A stretch of 64,000 bases of DNA from Actinomycetes bacterium (GTDB lineage: Bacteria > Actinomycetota > Actinomycetes > S36-B12): positions 680,257 to 744,256 of the forward strand of contig OZ257128.1 in assembly GCA_965278945.1 (NCBI GenBank), in the 5' to 3' direction. The translations under genes and the position numbers were made by a program. Each line of letters begins with the position of its first letter. Within the stretch, counting starts at the first letter, position 1. The notes beneath the pieces are model-generated. The model was not told the origin of the DNA. It searched no databases and saw only the letters and a list, made by a program, of their open reading frames with translations. Below, one piece after another: positions 28,910-38,197 of this stretch.

Positions 28910-29640
28910 TGGCGACGGTTCGGCACCTGTCGGCTATGACGTGGGACACCGTTCCCGCGAGGCCACTCGTTCTCGTGCCGATCGGCTCGACCGAGCAGCA
29001 CGGACCGCACCTGCCGTTCGAGACAGACACCCTCATCGCCACGGCTGCGGCCGAGCGCATCGCCGTCGTCCTCCAGGGGGACGGGATTGACGTGCTCCTC
29101 GCGCCGGCCATCTCCTACGGAGCGAGCGGTGAGCACCAGGAGTTCCCCGGCACCGTCTCGGTCGGTCATGAGGCGCTGAGGATGCAGATCGTCGAGCTCG
29201 TCCGCTCCCTGTCCACCTGGGCCGGGCGCATCGTGTTCGTCAACGGGCACGGCGGCAACGTGACCACGCTGTCGTCGGCGATCGCGCAGATGCGCGGCGA
29301 GCATCACGACGTCGCCTGGCTCGCCTGCATCTTCGAGTCCGATGCCGACGCGCACGCCGGATCGACGGAGACCTCGGTGATGCTCCACCTGGCGCCCGAG
29401 CGGGTCGACATGGCGAGCGCGGCTCCCGGCCAGCTCGCACCGCTCGCGGAGATCCTGCCGCTGCTGATGTCGTCCGGTGTCCGAGCCGCGTCGCCGTCCG
29501 GCGTGCTGGGCGACCCGACCAGCGCGACCGCAGAACTCGGCGAGACCTTGATGAGCCAACTCGTCGGCCACGGCGTTGCGCTGGTCACGAGCGCGACGGT
29601 CGATGACCGTGGTCGTCTCGTCGAACTGGCATCGCGATGA
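28909..29640 (+). CDS. mftE: Mycofactocin peptidase (creatininase family)
   Basis: GSTEQHGPHLP, GASGEH, NGHGGN, DAHAG, GVLGDP. Confidence 0.94.
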   Translation: MATVRHLSAMTWDTVPARPLVLVPIGSTEQHGPHLPFETDTLIATAAAERIAVVLQGDGIDVLLAPAISYGASGEHQEFPGTVSVGHEALRMQIVELVRSLSTWAGRIVFVNGHGGNVTTLSSAIAQMRGEHHDVAWLACIFESDADAHAGSTETSVMLHLAPERVDMASAAPGQLAPLAEILPLLMSSGVRAASPSGVLGDPTSATAELGETLMSQLVGHGVALVTSATVDDRGRLVELASR

Positions 29641-30434
29641 CCCGGGTGGCCCTGGTCACGGGCGCGGCGCGCGGTATCGGGCGCGCGACCGTTGATGTCC
29701 TCGTCCAGCAGGGCTATCGCGTAGTCGCCGTCGACTCGTGCGCGGGCACGGGCACCGGCCGAGGTGACGGAGTTGACTACGCCCTCGCCACACCGGACCA
29801 ACTGCTGAGCCTGGAAGCCGAGTACCCCGATGTCGTCCGCACGCAGGTTGTCGACGTGCGCGACGCCGACGCACTTGCGGCCGCAGCAGTCCTCGCGGTC
29901 GACGTGTTCGGCAGGCTCGATGCTGCGGTTGCGGCCGCAGCGGTCATCGTGGGTGGAGAGCCGTTGTGGGCCACACCCGAGTCGCACCTGCGCACGCTGC
30001 TCGACGTCGATGTTGTCGGCGTCTGGAACACGGCGTCTGCGGTCGTGCCCGTCATGCTGAGCGGTCCGGATCCGCAAGGCTGCCGCTTCGTTGCGGTGGC
30101 CTCCGCCGCGGGTGCTCGCGGACTGTTCCACCTCGCCGGATACAACGCGGCCAAGCACGCCGTGGTCGGGCTGGTCAAGGGCCTGGCCGCCGACCTCATC
30201 GGCACAGGCGTCACCGCCGTTGCCGTATCGCCAGGGTCCACTGACACCGACATGCTTCGGGCCACCGCCGATCTGTACGACCTCGAGCATGTCGACGAGT
30301 TCGCGTCATCGCAGTTGGTCCGTCGGCTCCTGCGTCCCGAGGAGCTCGCGGCGACGATCGCGTTCTGCTGCTCGCGCGAAGGAGCGGTTCTCAACGGCTC
30401 GGTCGTCGATGCCTCGGGTGGGTTCACGGCATGA
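29637..30434 (+). CDS. Mycofactocin-coupled SDR (TIGR04504-like)
   Basis: TGAARGIG, VDSC...YALAT insertion, YNAAK; ATGA overlap with mftE. Confidence 0.87.
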   Translation: MTRVALVTGAARGIGRATVDVLVQQGYRVVAVDSCAGTGTGRGDGVDYALATPDQLLSLEAEYPDVVRTQVVDVRDADALAAAAVLAVDVFGRLDAAVAAAAVIVGGEPLWATPESHLRTLLDVDVVGVWNTASAVVPVMLSGPDPQGCRFVAVASAAGARGLFHLAGYNAAKHAVVGLVKGLAADLIGTGVTAVAVSPGSTDTDMLRATADLYDLEHVDEFASSQLVRRLLRPEELAATIAFCCSREGAVLNGSVVDASGGFTA

Positions 30435-30446
30435 AGGCAGAGCTCA

Positions 30447-31208
30447 GTGCCTAGCCTCGACGGCGAGATCGCCTACGTCACCGGTGCCGGATCGGGGATC
30501 GGTCGTGCCACCGCGCTCCAGTTGTCGCGCGAGGGCGCAAGCGTCGTGCTCCTGGGCCGGACGTCCGCTGGTCTTATCGAGACTCAGCGCGAGTGCTCTG
30601 GTCCTGCCGAGATCGTGGTACTCGAACTGTCTGATGCACTGGCCGTCGAGCGGCTCCTGCCGTCGGTTGTCAGCCGCGTCGGCGCTCCGAGCATCGTCGT
30701 CCACTCCGCGGGAGAGACCGTCGTCGGATCCCTCGACTCGTTGACCGAGGAGCAGTGGGACCGGCAGATGAACTCCAACCTCAAGGCGATCTTCCTCGTG
30801 AACAAGGTGCTGTGGCCGGCCATGGTCGACGGCGGCGGAAGCATCGTCCTCATCGCGTCGCGCGCATCATTCGTGGGCTTTCCCAAGAACGCGGCTTACG
30901 TGGCGAGCAAGGGTGCCGTGCTGTCGATGACCAAGGCCATGGCCCTCGACGGAGCCAGGCACGGGATCCGGGTCAACGCCGTGTGCCCTGGCCTGATCCT
31001 GACGCCGAACCTGCAGAACTACTTCGACAGCCAGGCCGATCCGGAGCAGGCGAAGGCGACTGCGTCGGCGACCCTTCCCGTGGGTCGCATGGGCCAGCCC
31101 GAGGAGGTGGCGCACGCGGTCGCGTTCCTCGCGTCACCCGACGCGAGCTTCATCACCGGTGCGTCACTGGTCGTCGACGGCGGACTGCTCGCTCGCGCGC
31201 CATCCTGA
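30447..31208 (+). CDS. SDR family oxidoreductase (paralogue of 18593-19348)
   Basis: TGAGSGIG, YVASK, NAVCPG. Confidence 0.9.
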   Translation: MPSLDGEIAYVTGAGSGIGRATALQLSREGASVVLLGRTSAGLIETQRECSGPAEIVVLELSDALAVERLLPSVVSRVGAPSIVVHSAGETVVGSLDSLTEEQWDRQMNSNLKAIFLVNKVLWPAMVDGGGSIVLIASRASFVGFPKNAAYVASKGAVLSMTKAMALDGARHGIRVNAVCPGLILTPNLQNYFDSQADPEQAKATASATLPVGRMGQPEEVAHAVAFLASPDASFITGASLVVDGGLLARAPS

Positions 31209-31215
31209 CCACTCC

Positions 31216-32157
31216 TTAGTCGTCGGAGCGGCCCTCGCGCCAGTAGCCCATGAAGGCCACGGTGCGACGATCCCAACCGAGCTCGCTGACGAGCTGACGG
31301 CGTAGCGCCTTGATGACGCTCGCCTCGCCGGCGATCCACGCGTAGACCTGATGGTCGCGCAGCGCCACTCCGTCCTCGTCGCGCGGCACCTCCCACAGGA
31401 TGCCCGTGTCGACATCGACGTCCTCGACTACCTGCGCCTCGGCGGTCGGTCCTCCGGTGAGCGCGGTCGCCGCGGTGATGACCTCGCCTTTGAGGTCATC
31501 ACCGCGCGTACCGCTGCGGCCGAAGACCCGGACCTCGACACCCGGGTGGTTCGGCAGGATGGCAGCGTCTTCAACATGCGGCAGCTCGACGAGGACGGTG
31601 CCGGTCGCATCGGCAGGCAACTGGGTCAGGATCGACGCGATCGCCGGAGCGGCCGTCTCGTCACCGACCAGCAGGAAGGTCGAACAGTCCCTGGGCGGGT
31701 CGAAGTCGATGCCGCCGGGATCCGAGCTCGACCTGGAATTCGGCGCGCACATCATCAGCTCGTCGCCGACCGACACGTCATCGATCCACTGCCCCGCTGG
31801 CCCGGTCGGCCCGTGGCAGACGAACAGGATGTCCATCTCGCGCATCTCCGGTCGCACCGCGCGGACCGTGTACGTGCGGATCGGGTTGCGGTGCGTCTGG
31901 GGACGAAGGCGCCATGCGCCGTACCAGTCGTCGACCATGGCCATCGGCGTCAGCCCGTGCTCGGCCAGGGGGAAGATCAGGTTGATCCGCTGGTCCAGTC
32001 CCGTCGTCGAGACGCGGTCGAGCTCGGGTCCGCTGATCGTGATCTGGGTGTACGTCGGGCTGACCCGAACCGCCTGGGTCACGCGCACGTGGTGCAGGAG
32101 GTAGGGGGCGTCCGCGGGCTCGCTGGTGCGCCGCAGGTCGAGCAAGGAGGCGTCCAT
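31216..32157 (-). CDS. Siderophore-interacting protein (ViuB/YqjH-like ferric reductase)
   Basis: RTYTVR, HGPTGPA, VGDETAAPA, AGEA, FMGYWREG. Confidence 0.93.
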   Translation of the reverse strand: MDASLLDLRRTSEPADAPYLLHHVRVTQAVRVSPTYTQITISGPELDRVSTTGLDQRINLIFPLAEHGLTPMAMVDDWYGAWRLRPQTHRNPIRTYTVRAVRPEMREMDILFVCHGPTGPAGQWIDDVSVGDELMMCAPNSRSSSDPGGIDFDPPRDCSTFLLVGDETAAPAIASILTQLPADATGTVLVELPHVEDAAILPNHPGVEVRVFGRSGTRGDDLKGEVITAATALTGGPTAEAQVVEDVDVDTGILWEVPRDEDGVALRDHQVYAWIAGEASVIKALRRQLVSELGWDRRTVAFMGYWREGRSDD

Positions 32158-32163
32158 GGCAGG

Positions 32164-32182
32164 TAAGGGTAGCCTAACTTAA
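32164..32182 (-). promoter_or_regulatory. IdeR/DtxR iron box
   Basis: TTAAGTTAGGCTACCCTTA versus consensus TTAGGTTAGGCTAACCTAA (16/19), 6 nt before the sip ATG. Confidence 0.88.
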
Positions 32183-32344
32183 TGTCGGTAGGCGCTCCTG
32201 GGGCCGATGGCCCTTACGCGAGCCTTACTGAGAGTTGGCTGTCAGTTCAGTCTTCGCGGCCGAAATCGTTTGGTTGAGCCGTGAACCAGATGGCAGCATG
32301 GCAAGGGAGCAGGTTGACCCGCATCGACTGATCGAGAGTCTTTG

Positions 32345-33130
32345 ATGAGCAGGCGCCGCACGACGAACATCCTCGTGGCGAGCGTGCTTGCCCTCGTCGG
32401 CCTCGTGATCGTCGGGCTGCTCGCCTTTCGCGTGGGTTCCTCGTCCGCCAGCGACCCCACTCCCGAGCCCTCCGCATCCGCATCGCCGACCGGCCCGTCG
32501 TCGCTCACGGCAAGCGAGATCTACTCCACGGTCCTGCCCTCACTCGTGGTCATCCGGACCGACGGGCCCGGCCGGGCCGACGGCACCCGTCCTGATCGCG
32601 GTCTGGGCACCGGAGTCATCGTCAACGCCGCCGGCTCGATCCTCACCGCGTACCACGTCGTAGACGACGCCGAGTCGATCGAGGTCGAGTACGCCGACGG
32701 CACGTCATCGCCCGCGGTGATCGAGTTCGCGGACCCCGACAACGACATCGCGTCGCTCACTCCCGACCGACTGCCCGAGGTCGTCGTTCCCGCCGTGCTC
32801 GGAGGCGGCGTGAACGTCGGCAGTCGCGTCGTCGCGGTCGGCAACCCGCTGGGGCTCCTCGCCTCCACCACCGAGGGCGTCGTGTCCGGCCTGGATCGGT
32901 CGATCAACGACGGTGAGGACATCGCGCTGTCCGGGCTCATCCAGTTCGACGCAGCAGTGAACCCGGGCAGCTCAGGCGGACCGCTGCTGAATGACCAGGG
33001 ACAGGTCGTGGGAGTCGTGTCCTCGCTCGCGGACCCGTCGAAGAACGGCTACTTCATTGGGATCGGATTCGCCGTGCCGATCGGCACCGCACTGGGCACC
33101 ACCGGAGAGGGAGAAGGACCCGAGAGATGA
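32345..33130 (+). CDS. Membrane-anchored trypsin-like (S1C) serine protease without PDZ domain
   Basis: N-terminal TM; triad TAYHV / DNDIA / GSSGGP. Confidence 0.9.
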   Translation: MSRRRTTNILVASVLALVGLVIVGLLAFRVGSSSASDPTPEPSASASPTGPSSLTASEIYSTVLPSLVVIRTDGPGRADGTRPDRGLGTGVIVNAAGSILTAYHVVDDAESIEVEYADGTSSPAVIEFADPDNDIASLTPDRLPEVVVPAVLGGGVNVGSRVVAVGNPLGLLASTTEGVVSGLDRSINDGEDIALSGLIQFDAAVNPGSSGGPLLNDQGQVVGVVSSLADPSKNGYFIGIGFAVPIGTALGTTGEGEGPER

Positions 33131-34119
33131 CGATGACCGAAGACGCCTCGAATCGACACCTGACCGCGCCGATGGAAGCGGTGCTGTACGAGGTGAAGAA
33201 GTCCATCGTCGGACAGGACCGACTGCTCGAGCGCCTGCTCGTCGCGCTCCTCGCGCGCGGACACGTCCTCGTCGAAGGCGTGCCCGGGCTGGCCAAGACA
33301 CTGGCCATCAACGCGCTTGCCCAGTCGATCGGCGGCACGTTCCAGCGAATCCAGTTCACTCCGGACCTGGTTCCCGCGGACGTCGTGGGCACGCGCATCT
33401 ACCACCAGCCGAGCGGGGAGTTCCGCGTCACTCCGGGTCCAGTCTTCGCGAACCTGCTGCTCGCCGACGAGATCAACCGCGCGCCAGCGAAGGTGCAGAG
33501 CGCGCTGCTTGAGGTCATGCAGGAGCGACAGGTGACGATCGGCCGCGAAACCCTTGCGGTTCCTGACCCGTTCCTGGTGATGGCCACGCAGAACCCGATC
33601 GAGTCCGAGGGCACGTATCCGCTTCCCGAGGCGCAGGTTGACCGCTTCATGATGAAGGTCCTCGTCGGATACCCGTCGCCGACCGAGGAGTTCGTCATCG
33701 TCGAGCGGATGATGCGGCCAGCGGAGCTGATCAACAAGGTCCTCGATCCTGAGCGGCTTATCGCTGCCCAGCGATCGGCCGCGACGGTCTTCGTCGATCC
33801 AGGCCTGATCGAGTACGCGGTGCGTGTTGCGACCGCGACACGTGCGCCCGAGTCGCTGGGACTGGGTGACCTCACTCGATTCGTCTCGTTCGGTGCGAGC
33901 CCGCGCGCATCGATCAACCTCGTGCTCGCCGCACGTGCGCTCGCGTTCATCCGCGGTCGCGACTACGCGATCTTCCACGACGTGCAGGATCTCGTGCACG
34001 ACGTGTTCCGGCATCGGCTCGTGCTGTCGTACGAGGCCTTGGCCGAAGGCGTGAGCGCCGACGAGATCATCACGAGCGTCATGCGTGCCGCGCCGGTGCC
34101 CGAACTGAACCGGCGGTAG
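33127..34119 (+). CDS. moxR: MoxR family AAA+ ATPase
   Basis: EGVPGLAKT, RIQFTPDL, LADEINRAPAKVQSALLE, ATQNPIE. Confidence 0.95.
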   Translation: MTMTEDASNRHLTAPMEAVLYEVKKSIVGQDRLLERLLVALLARGHVLVEGVPGLAKTLAINALAQSIGGTFQRIQFTPDLVPADVVGTRIYHQPSGEFRVTPGPVFANLLLADEINRAPAKVQSALLEVMQERQVTIGRETLAVPDPFLVMATQNPIESEGTYPLPEAQVDRFMMKVLVGYPSPTEEFVIVERMMRPAELINKVLDPERLIAAQRSAATVFVDPGLIEYAVRVATATRAPESLGLGDLTRFVSFGASPRASINLVLAARALAFIRGRDYAIFHDVQDLVHDVFRHRLVLSYEALAEGVSADEIITSVMRAAPVPELNRR

Positions 34120-34125
34120 GTCGCG

Positions 34126-35034
34126 ATGGCGAGAGCGCAGCGTTCGGCGACTTCGGTGGTCGCGGTTCCCGAGGAACTGCTCCGCCGACTCGACTGGCGT
34201 GCGCTCAAGCGGCTGTCCGGCGTGCGGGGCGGAGACTTCCGGACTCTCGCGCGCGGCTCGGGAATCGACGTCACAGACATCCGCGGGTACGAGCCCTACG
34301 ACGACGTTCGCCACATCGACTGGAATGTGACCGCCAGGCTGGACGAGCCGCACGTGCGCGAGTACGTGGAGGATCGCGACCTCACCGCGTGGCTGCTGCT
34401 CGACCGCTCGTCGTCGATGTCGTTCGGCCCCGTCGATCGTGGCAAGGACATCGTGCTCGTCGAGCTCTCCGTGGCTCTCGCGCGCATGCTCACCCGCGGC
34501 GGCAACCGGGTCGGCGCGATCTTGTACGACGCCGACGTCGAGGAGATGATCCCCGCCGGAGTCAGCCGCGATCACGTGCTTCGCCTGGCGCATCGACTGC
34601 TCCAGGAGTCGGAGCCGTCCGGCCAGGAGACCGACCTGGCACCGCTGCTGCAGCGTGCGGCGTCGATGCTGCGCCGACGCTCACTGGTGTTCGTCGTCTC
34701 CGATCTCATCGTGCGCGACGGCTGGCAACGACCACTCGGCGTGCTCGCGCAGCGTCACGATGTCGTCGTCATCCGGCTCGCGGACCGGCGTGAGGTCGAG
34801 CTTCCTGATGTCGGCACGATCTGGGTGCAGGACGCCGAGACCGGCGAGCAGCTGCTCGTCGACACGAGTGATCCACGCTTTCGCGAGCAGTACCGCGAGG
34901 CGGCGCACGAACGCGAGGCCGGCCTGCTCGCGGACGTTCGCCGCACGGGAGCGCAACTCCACACGGTGTGGACCGACGATGATCTCGCCGACGCGCTGGT
35001 GAGAATGGCGCGCATGCAGCGCAGGATGCGCTGA
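34126..35034 (+). CDS. DUF58 domain protein
   Basis: RGYEPYDDVRHIDWNVTAR, DRSSSM. Confidence 0.92.
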   Translation: MARAQRSATSVVAVPEELLRRLDWRALKRLSGVRGGDFRTLARGSGIDVTDIRGYEPYDDVRHIDWNVTARLDEPHVREYVEDRDLTAWLLLDRSSSMSFGPVDRGKDIVLVELSVALARMLTRGGNRVGAILYDADVEEMIPAGVSRDHVLRLAHRLLQESEPSGQETDLAPLLQRAASMLRRRSLVFVVSDLIVRDGWQRPLGVLAQRHDVVVIRLADRREVELPDVGTIWVQDAETGEQLLVDTSDPRFREQYREAAHEREAGLLADVRRTGAQLHTVWTDDDLADALVRMARMQRRMR

Positions 35035-36023
35035 TGTCCTTCATCTGGCCGGCGATGCTGGTGACCTTGCTGCTGGTCCCGGTAGCGGTGCTTGCCTACC
35101 TTGCAGTTCAGCGCCGCCGTGGCGCTCGCGCGGATGCGCTCGCCGGCTCAGGGCTCGTCACTATCGGCTCGCCGGCGGCCCTCGGTCGCCGCCGGCACCT
35201 TCCGTTCTTCGTCTTCCTCACCGGGTTCGTCCTCCTCGCGGTGTCCTTCGCCAGGCCGCAGGTCGCGCTCGCGGTGCCCCAGCTGAGTGGCACCGTCGTG
35301 CTGGCCGTCGACGTGTCCAACAGCATGCAGGCCGATGACATCGAGCCGACCCGGCTGGAGGCAGCGCAGGCAGCAGCCCGCGAGTTCGTGCAGCGTCAGC
35401 CCGCAGGAGTGTCGATTGCCCTCGTCGCCTTCGGCAGCGGTGCGCAGGTTGCTGCAGCGCCGACGGAGGACCGCGATGAGGTGCTCGCCGCGATCGACCG
35501 GCTGTCGACGGGCGGCGGCACGGAGATCGGCACCGGATTGCTCGCCGCGCTGAACCTCATCGTGGACACGCCGATCACGCTCACTCCCGAGGAGATTCAA
35601 GGCGACCTTGGCGATCTCGACATCGGCTACTTCCCGTCTGCGGCCATCGTGCTCGCCTCGGACGGCGAGGCGACCGGGGGAGCGGACCCCAGCGCGGTCG
35701 CCGACCTCGCCGCTGCTGCGGGAGTCAAGATCACGACCGTCGGCATCGGCAGCGCAGAAGGTGCGGTGGTCGAGGTCGACGGATTCCAGGTCGCCACGGC
35801 TCTCGACGAGGACATGCTCCGCAGCATCGCCGAACTCTCGGGCGGCGAGTACTTCCGCGCCCAGGATGCTGCGACCTTGTCGCAGGTCTATGACGGGCTC
35901 GACATGCGGTGGGAGGCCAACGCTGAGGAGGTGGAGGTCACGGGCCTGTTCAGCCTTGCGGCGATCGTGCTGTTCCTCGTGGGCGCGGTCTTGTCCATGC
36001 GACTGCTGGGGAGGGTGGTCTGA
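35034..36023 (+). CDS. VWA domain membrane protein (BatA-like)
   Basis: MIDAS DVSNSM, ASDG; N- and C-terminal TM segments. Confidence 0.9.
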   Translation: MSFIWPAMLVTLLLVPVAVLAYLAVQRRRGARADALAGSGLVTIGSPAALGRRRHLPFFVFLTGFVLLAVSFARPQVALAVPQLSGTVVLAVDVSNSMQADDIEPTRLEAAQAAAREFVQRQPAGVSIALVAFGSGAQVAAAPTEDRDEVLAAIDRLSTGGGTEIGTGLLAALNLIVDTPITLTPEEIQGDLGDLDIGYFPSAAIVLASDGEATGGADPSAVADLAAAAGVKITTVGIGSAEGAVVEVDGFQVATALDEDMLRSIAELSGGEYFRAQDAATLSQVYDGLDMRWEANAEEVEVTGLFSLAAIVLFLVGAVLSMRLLGRVV

Positions 36024-37105
36024 TGTCGTTCGCCTGGCCGCTCCTCCTGATCCTTGCGCTCGCCGCGCCAGTTCTCATCGCGTTGCACGTGTGGCAGTTG
36101 CGTCGCCGCCGGCGCACCGCCGTCCGGGTTCCGAGTGTTGCGCTCATCCGCACGTCGGTGCCGAAGAGATCGCGGTGGCGCCGGCACGTGCCCGTCGCGC
36201 TTCTCGCCGCGGCACTTGTCTTCTTGTCCGTCGCCGCGGCTCGCCCGAGCGTTGCTGTTCCGGTCCCGGTGAACAGCACGTCGATGATCCTTGCCCTGGA
36301 TACCTCCGGGTCGATGTGCAATACCGATATCGAGCCGAATCGGCTGACGGTGGCGCAGGAGGCAGCAACGGCGTTCGTCGATCAGCAGACGGGTGACAGT
36401 CGAATTGGACTGGTCACCTTCAATGGCGTTGCCGCCCTCGTTGTCCCGGCGACCTCGGAGCCCGAGCCCCTTCGCGAGGCGATCGGAACGCTGACGGTTG
36501 CGCGTGGCACCGCGATCGGTCTTGCCATCCTGTCGGCCATCGACGCCATCGCGGAGATCAATCCCGACGTTGCCTCGACCTCGGTGGAATTGCCTGCGGT
36601 TGCTGAGGATTCCACGGGCACCCAGGAGTACCAGCCGGACATCATCGTCGTGCTCACCGATGGCGCGAACACTCGCGGCGTCGAGCCGCTGATTGCCGCA
36701 GAGATGGCTGCGCAGCGCGGCCTTCGGGTGTACACGATTGGCTTCGGCACCGAGCAGCCCGGCACGCTGGTGTGCTCCCCTGACCAGGTCATCGGAGGGT
36801 TCGAGTTCCAGGGCTTCGGTCCTGGTCCGGGCCAGGGATTCGACCTCGGCAGCGGCTTCGGTGGTGGCGGTGGCAACTTCCTGCAGATCGACGAGCCGAC
36901 GTTGATGGGCATCGCCGAGCTGACCGGCGGGGAGTACTTCCAGGCGCAGGACGCCGAGCAGTTGCTCGACGTCTTCAGCCAGCTGCCGAGTCGGGTGGTG
37001 ACCCAGACGCAGGACGTGGAGCTGAGCGCGCTGTTCGCCCTGCTCGGTGCGGTGCTCGCCGGCGCGGCCATCGTGCTCGCCCTGCGCTGGAACCCCCTCG
37101 GCTGA
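36023..37105 (+). CDS. VWA domain membrane protein with Gly/Phe-rich insert
   Basis: MIDAS DTSGSM, LTDG, YTIGFGT. Confidence 0.9.
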   Translation: MSFAWPLLLILALAAPVLIALHVWQLRRRRRTAVRVPSVALIRTSVPKRSRWRRHVPVALLAAALVFLSVAAARPSVAVPVPVNSTSMILALDTSGSMCNTDIEPNRLTVAQEAATAFVDQQTGDSRIGLVTFNGVAALVVPATSEPEPLREAIGTLTVARGTAIGLAILSAIDAIAEINPDVASTSVELPAVAEDSTGTQEYQPDIIVVLTDGANTRGVEPLIAAEMAAQRGLRVYTIGFGTEQPGTLVCSPDQVIGGFEFQGFGPGPGQGFDLGSGFGGGGGNFLQIDEPTLMGIAELTGGEYFQAQDAEQLLDVFSQLPSRVVTQTQDVELSALFALLGAVLAGAAIVLALRWNPLG

Positions 37106-37201
37106 TCCCACCTATCCGTTTGTCCCGCATCCCGGGACTAACGAACGAATCTGGCTGTTCCTGCTCCGAAATCGTCAACTTGTCCCGGTCAGGTGGTCGC
37201 G

Positions 37202-37516
37202 TTACGACTCGGCGAGAGCCTTCAGCTTGGCCAGTCGGCGATCCCAGGCGTCCGCGACGCGACTGAGCTGGTGGCCGAGCGCGCTGAGCTCGGCTCCGAG
37301 CGGTGAGTACAGGACTTCGCGACCCTGCTTGTGTGTCTCGAGGAGGCCAACGTCGCGCAGTATCTCGAGGTGCTTGAGGATGGCCTGCCTGCTGATGGGG
37401 AACTCGTCGGCCAGGCGTGATGCCGACGCGGGTGCAGTGGCCAGCCGGGTGAGGATGCTCCACCGCGTCTCGTCTCCGAGGGCGGCAAAGGCCGGAACGA
37501 GCGATGACGTGCTCAT
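37202..37516 (-). CDS. ArsR/SmtB family regulator
   Basis: FAALGDETRWSIL...ISRQAILKHL...GREVLY. Confidence 0.9.
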   Translation of the reverse strand: MSTSSLVPAFAALGDETRWSILTRLATAPASASRLADEFPISRQAILKHLEILRDVGLLETHKQGREVLYSPLGAELSALGHQLSRVADAWDRRLAKLKALAES

Positions 37517-37962
37517 CGCGCGATCTGCCGATCTGACGCGTACCGCACGAGCAGGGCGAACCCGCCCTCCCAGCCCAGCGCATCCGCTGCGGCGTTGTCG
37601 AACGCCGAGCCGAACTCGGCGGCGAGGTCGTCGAAGCCGGTCTGTGTCGCGGTGACGAGGGTGCCCGTCCCGGATGCGGTGAGAGTGAGTGTCACCAGCG
37701 TGCTGTTGCCGGCCACCGGCGGGGTGTCGGGGGTGATCGCTACGCGGTAGGCGAAGCAGTGCGGCTCGTCGACTGTCACGACCTCGCCCTCGAACGACCC
37801 GTGCTCGACCCACGTCAGCAGCATGCGGCCTCCCGGCCGGGCGTCGATCTGCGCGCCGTCGAAGGCATACCAGGCCGTGACGTGCTCAGGGCTTGTCACT
37901 AGTGGCCAGACGGCCTCCGGGCGTGCGTTTATGAACACCGACCTGTGTACCGATTCGGTCAT
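37513..37962 (-). CDS. SRPBCC/AHA1 domain protein
   Basis: INARPEAVW...DARPGG...GW; AGGAG RBS; coupled to ArsR gene. Confidence 0.88.
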   Translation of the reverse strand: MTESVHRSVFINARPEAVWPLVTSPEHVTAWYAFDGAQIDARPGGRMLLTWVEHGSFEGEVVTVDEPHCFAYRVAITPDTPPVAGNSTLVTLTLTASGTGTLVTATQTGFDDLAAEFGSAFDNAAADALGWEGGFALLVRYASDRQIAR

Positions 37963-37982
37963 GTCGCTCCTCTGCTCGTCCT

Positions 37983-38040
37983 GATATGCAATCTAATGGT
38001 TGCATGTCAGGACGAGCATGTGCAAGCAACAGATTGCACA
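37983..38040. promoter_or_regulatory. Two TGCAA-N8-TTGCA palindromes, candidate ArsR operators
   Basis: 37987-38004 and 38021-38038, upstream of SRPBCC-arsR. Confidence 0.7.
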
Positions 38041-38071
38041 CGAAGTGGTCGGGGCTAGGTGCCACTACTGC

Positions 38072-38128
38072 CGACCTTGAGGTTGGCGTGGATCTAGGGG
38101 CCCGAAACCCGCGCCAACCTCAAGGTCG
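38072..38128. repeat. REP-like palindrome, copy 1
   Basis: Perfect 17-bp inverted arms CGACCTTGAGGTTGGCG / CGCCAACCTCAAGGTCG; same arms at 47213-47275. Confidence 0.85.
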
Positions 38129-38160
38129 ACGAGGGCGAAACGGGCAAATCGCCCGGCCGG

Positions 38161-38190
38161 TTGACAGCGTTCGAACATATGTTCGAAGAT
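38161..38190 (+). promoter_or_regulatory. SOS promoter of imuA': TTGACA plus LexA box
   Basis: TCGAACATATGTTCGA at 38171-38186, a perfect actinobacterial TCGAAC-N4-GTTCGA. Confidence 0.93.
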
Positions 38191-38197
38191 CAGCCGC

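Noticed and set aside
37106-37201. Possible sRNA or repeat remnant between convergent genes
   Set aside because: No convincing stem, known motif or second copy could be seen.
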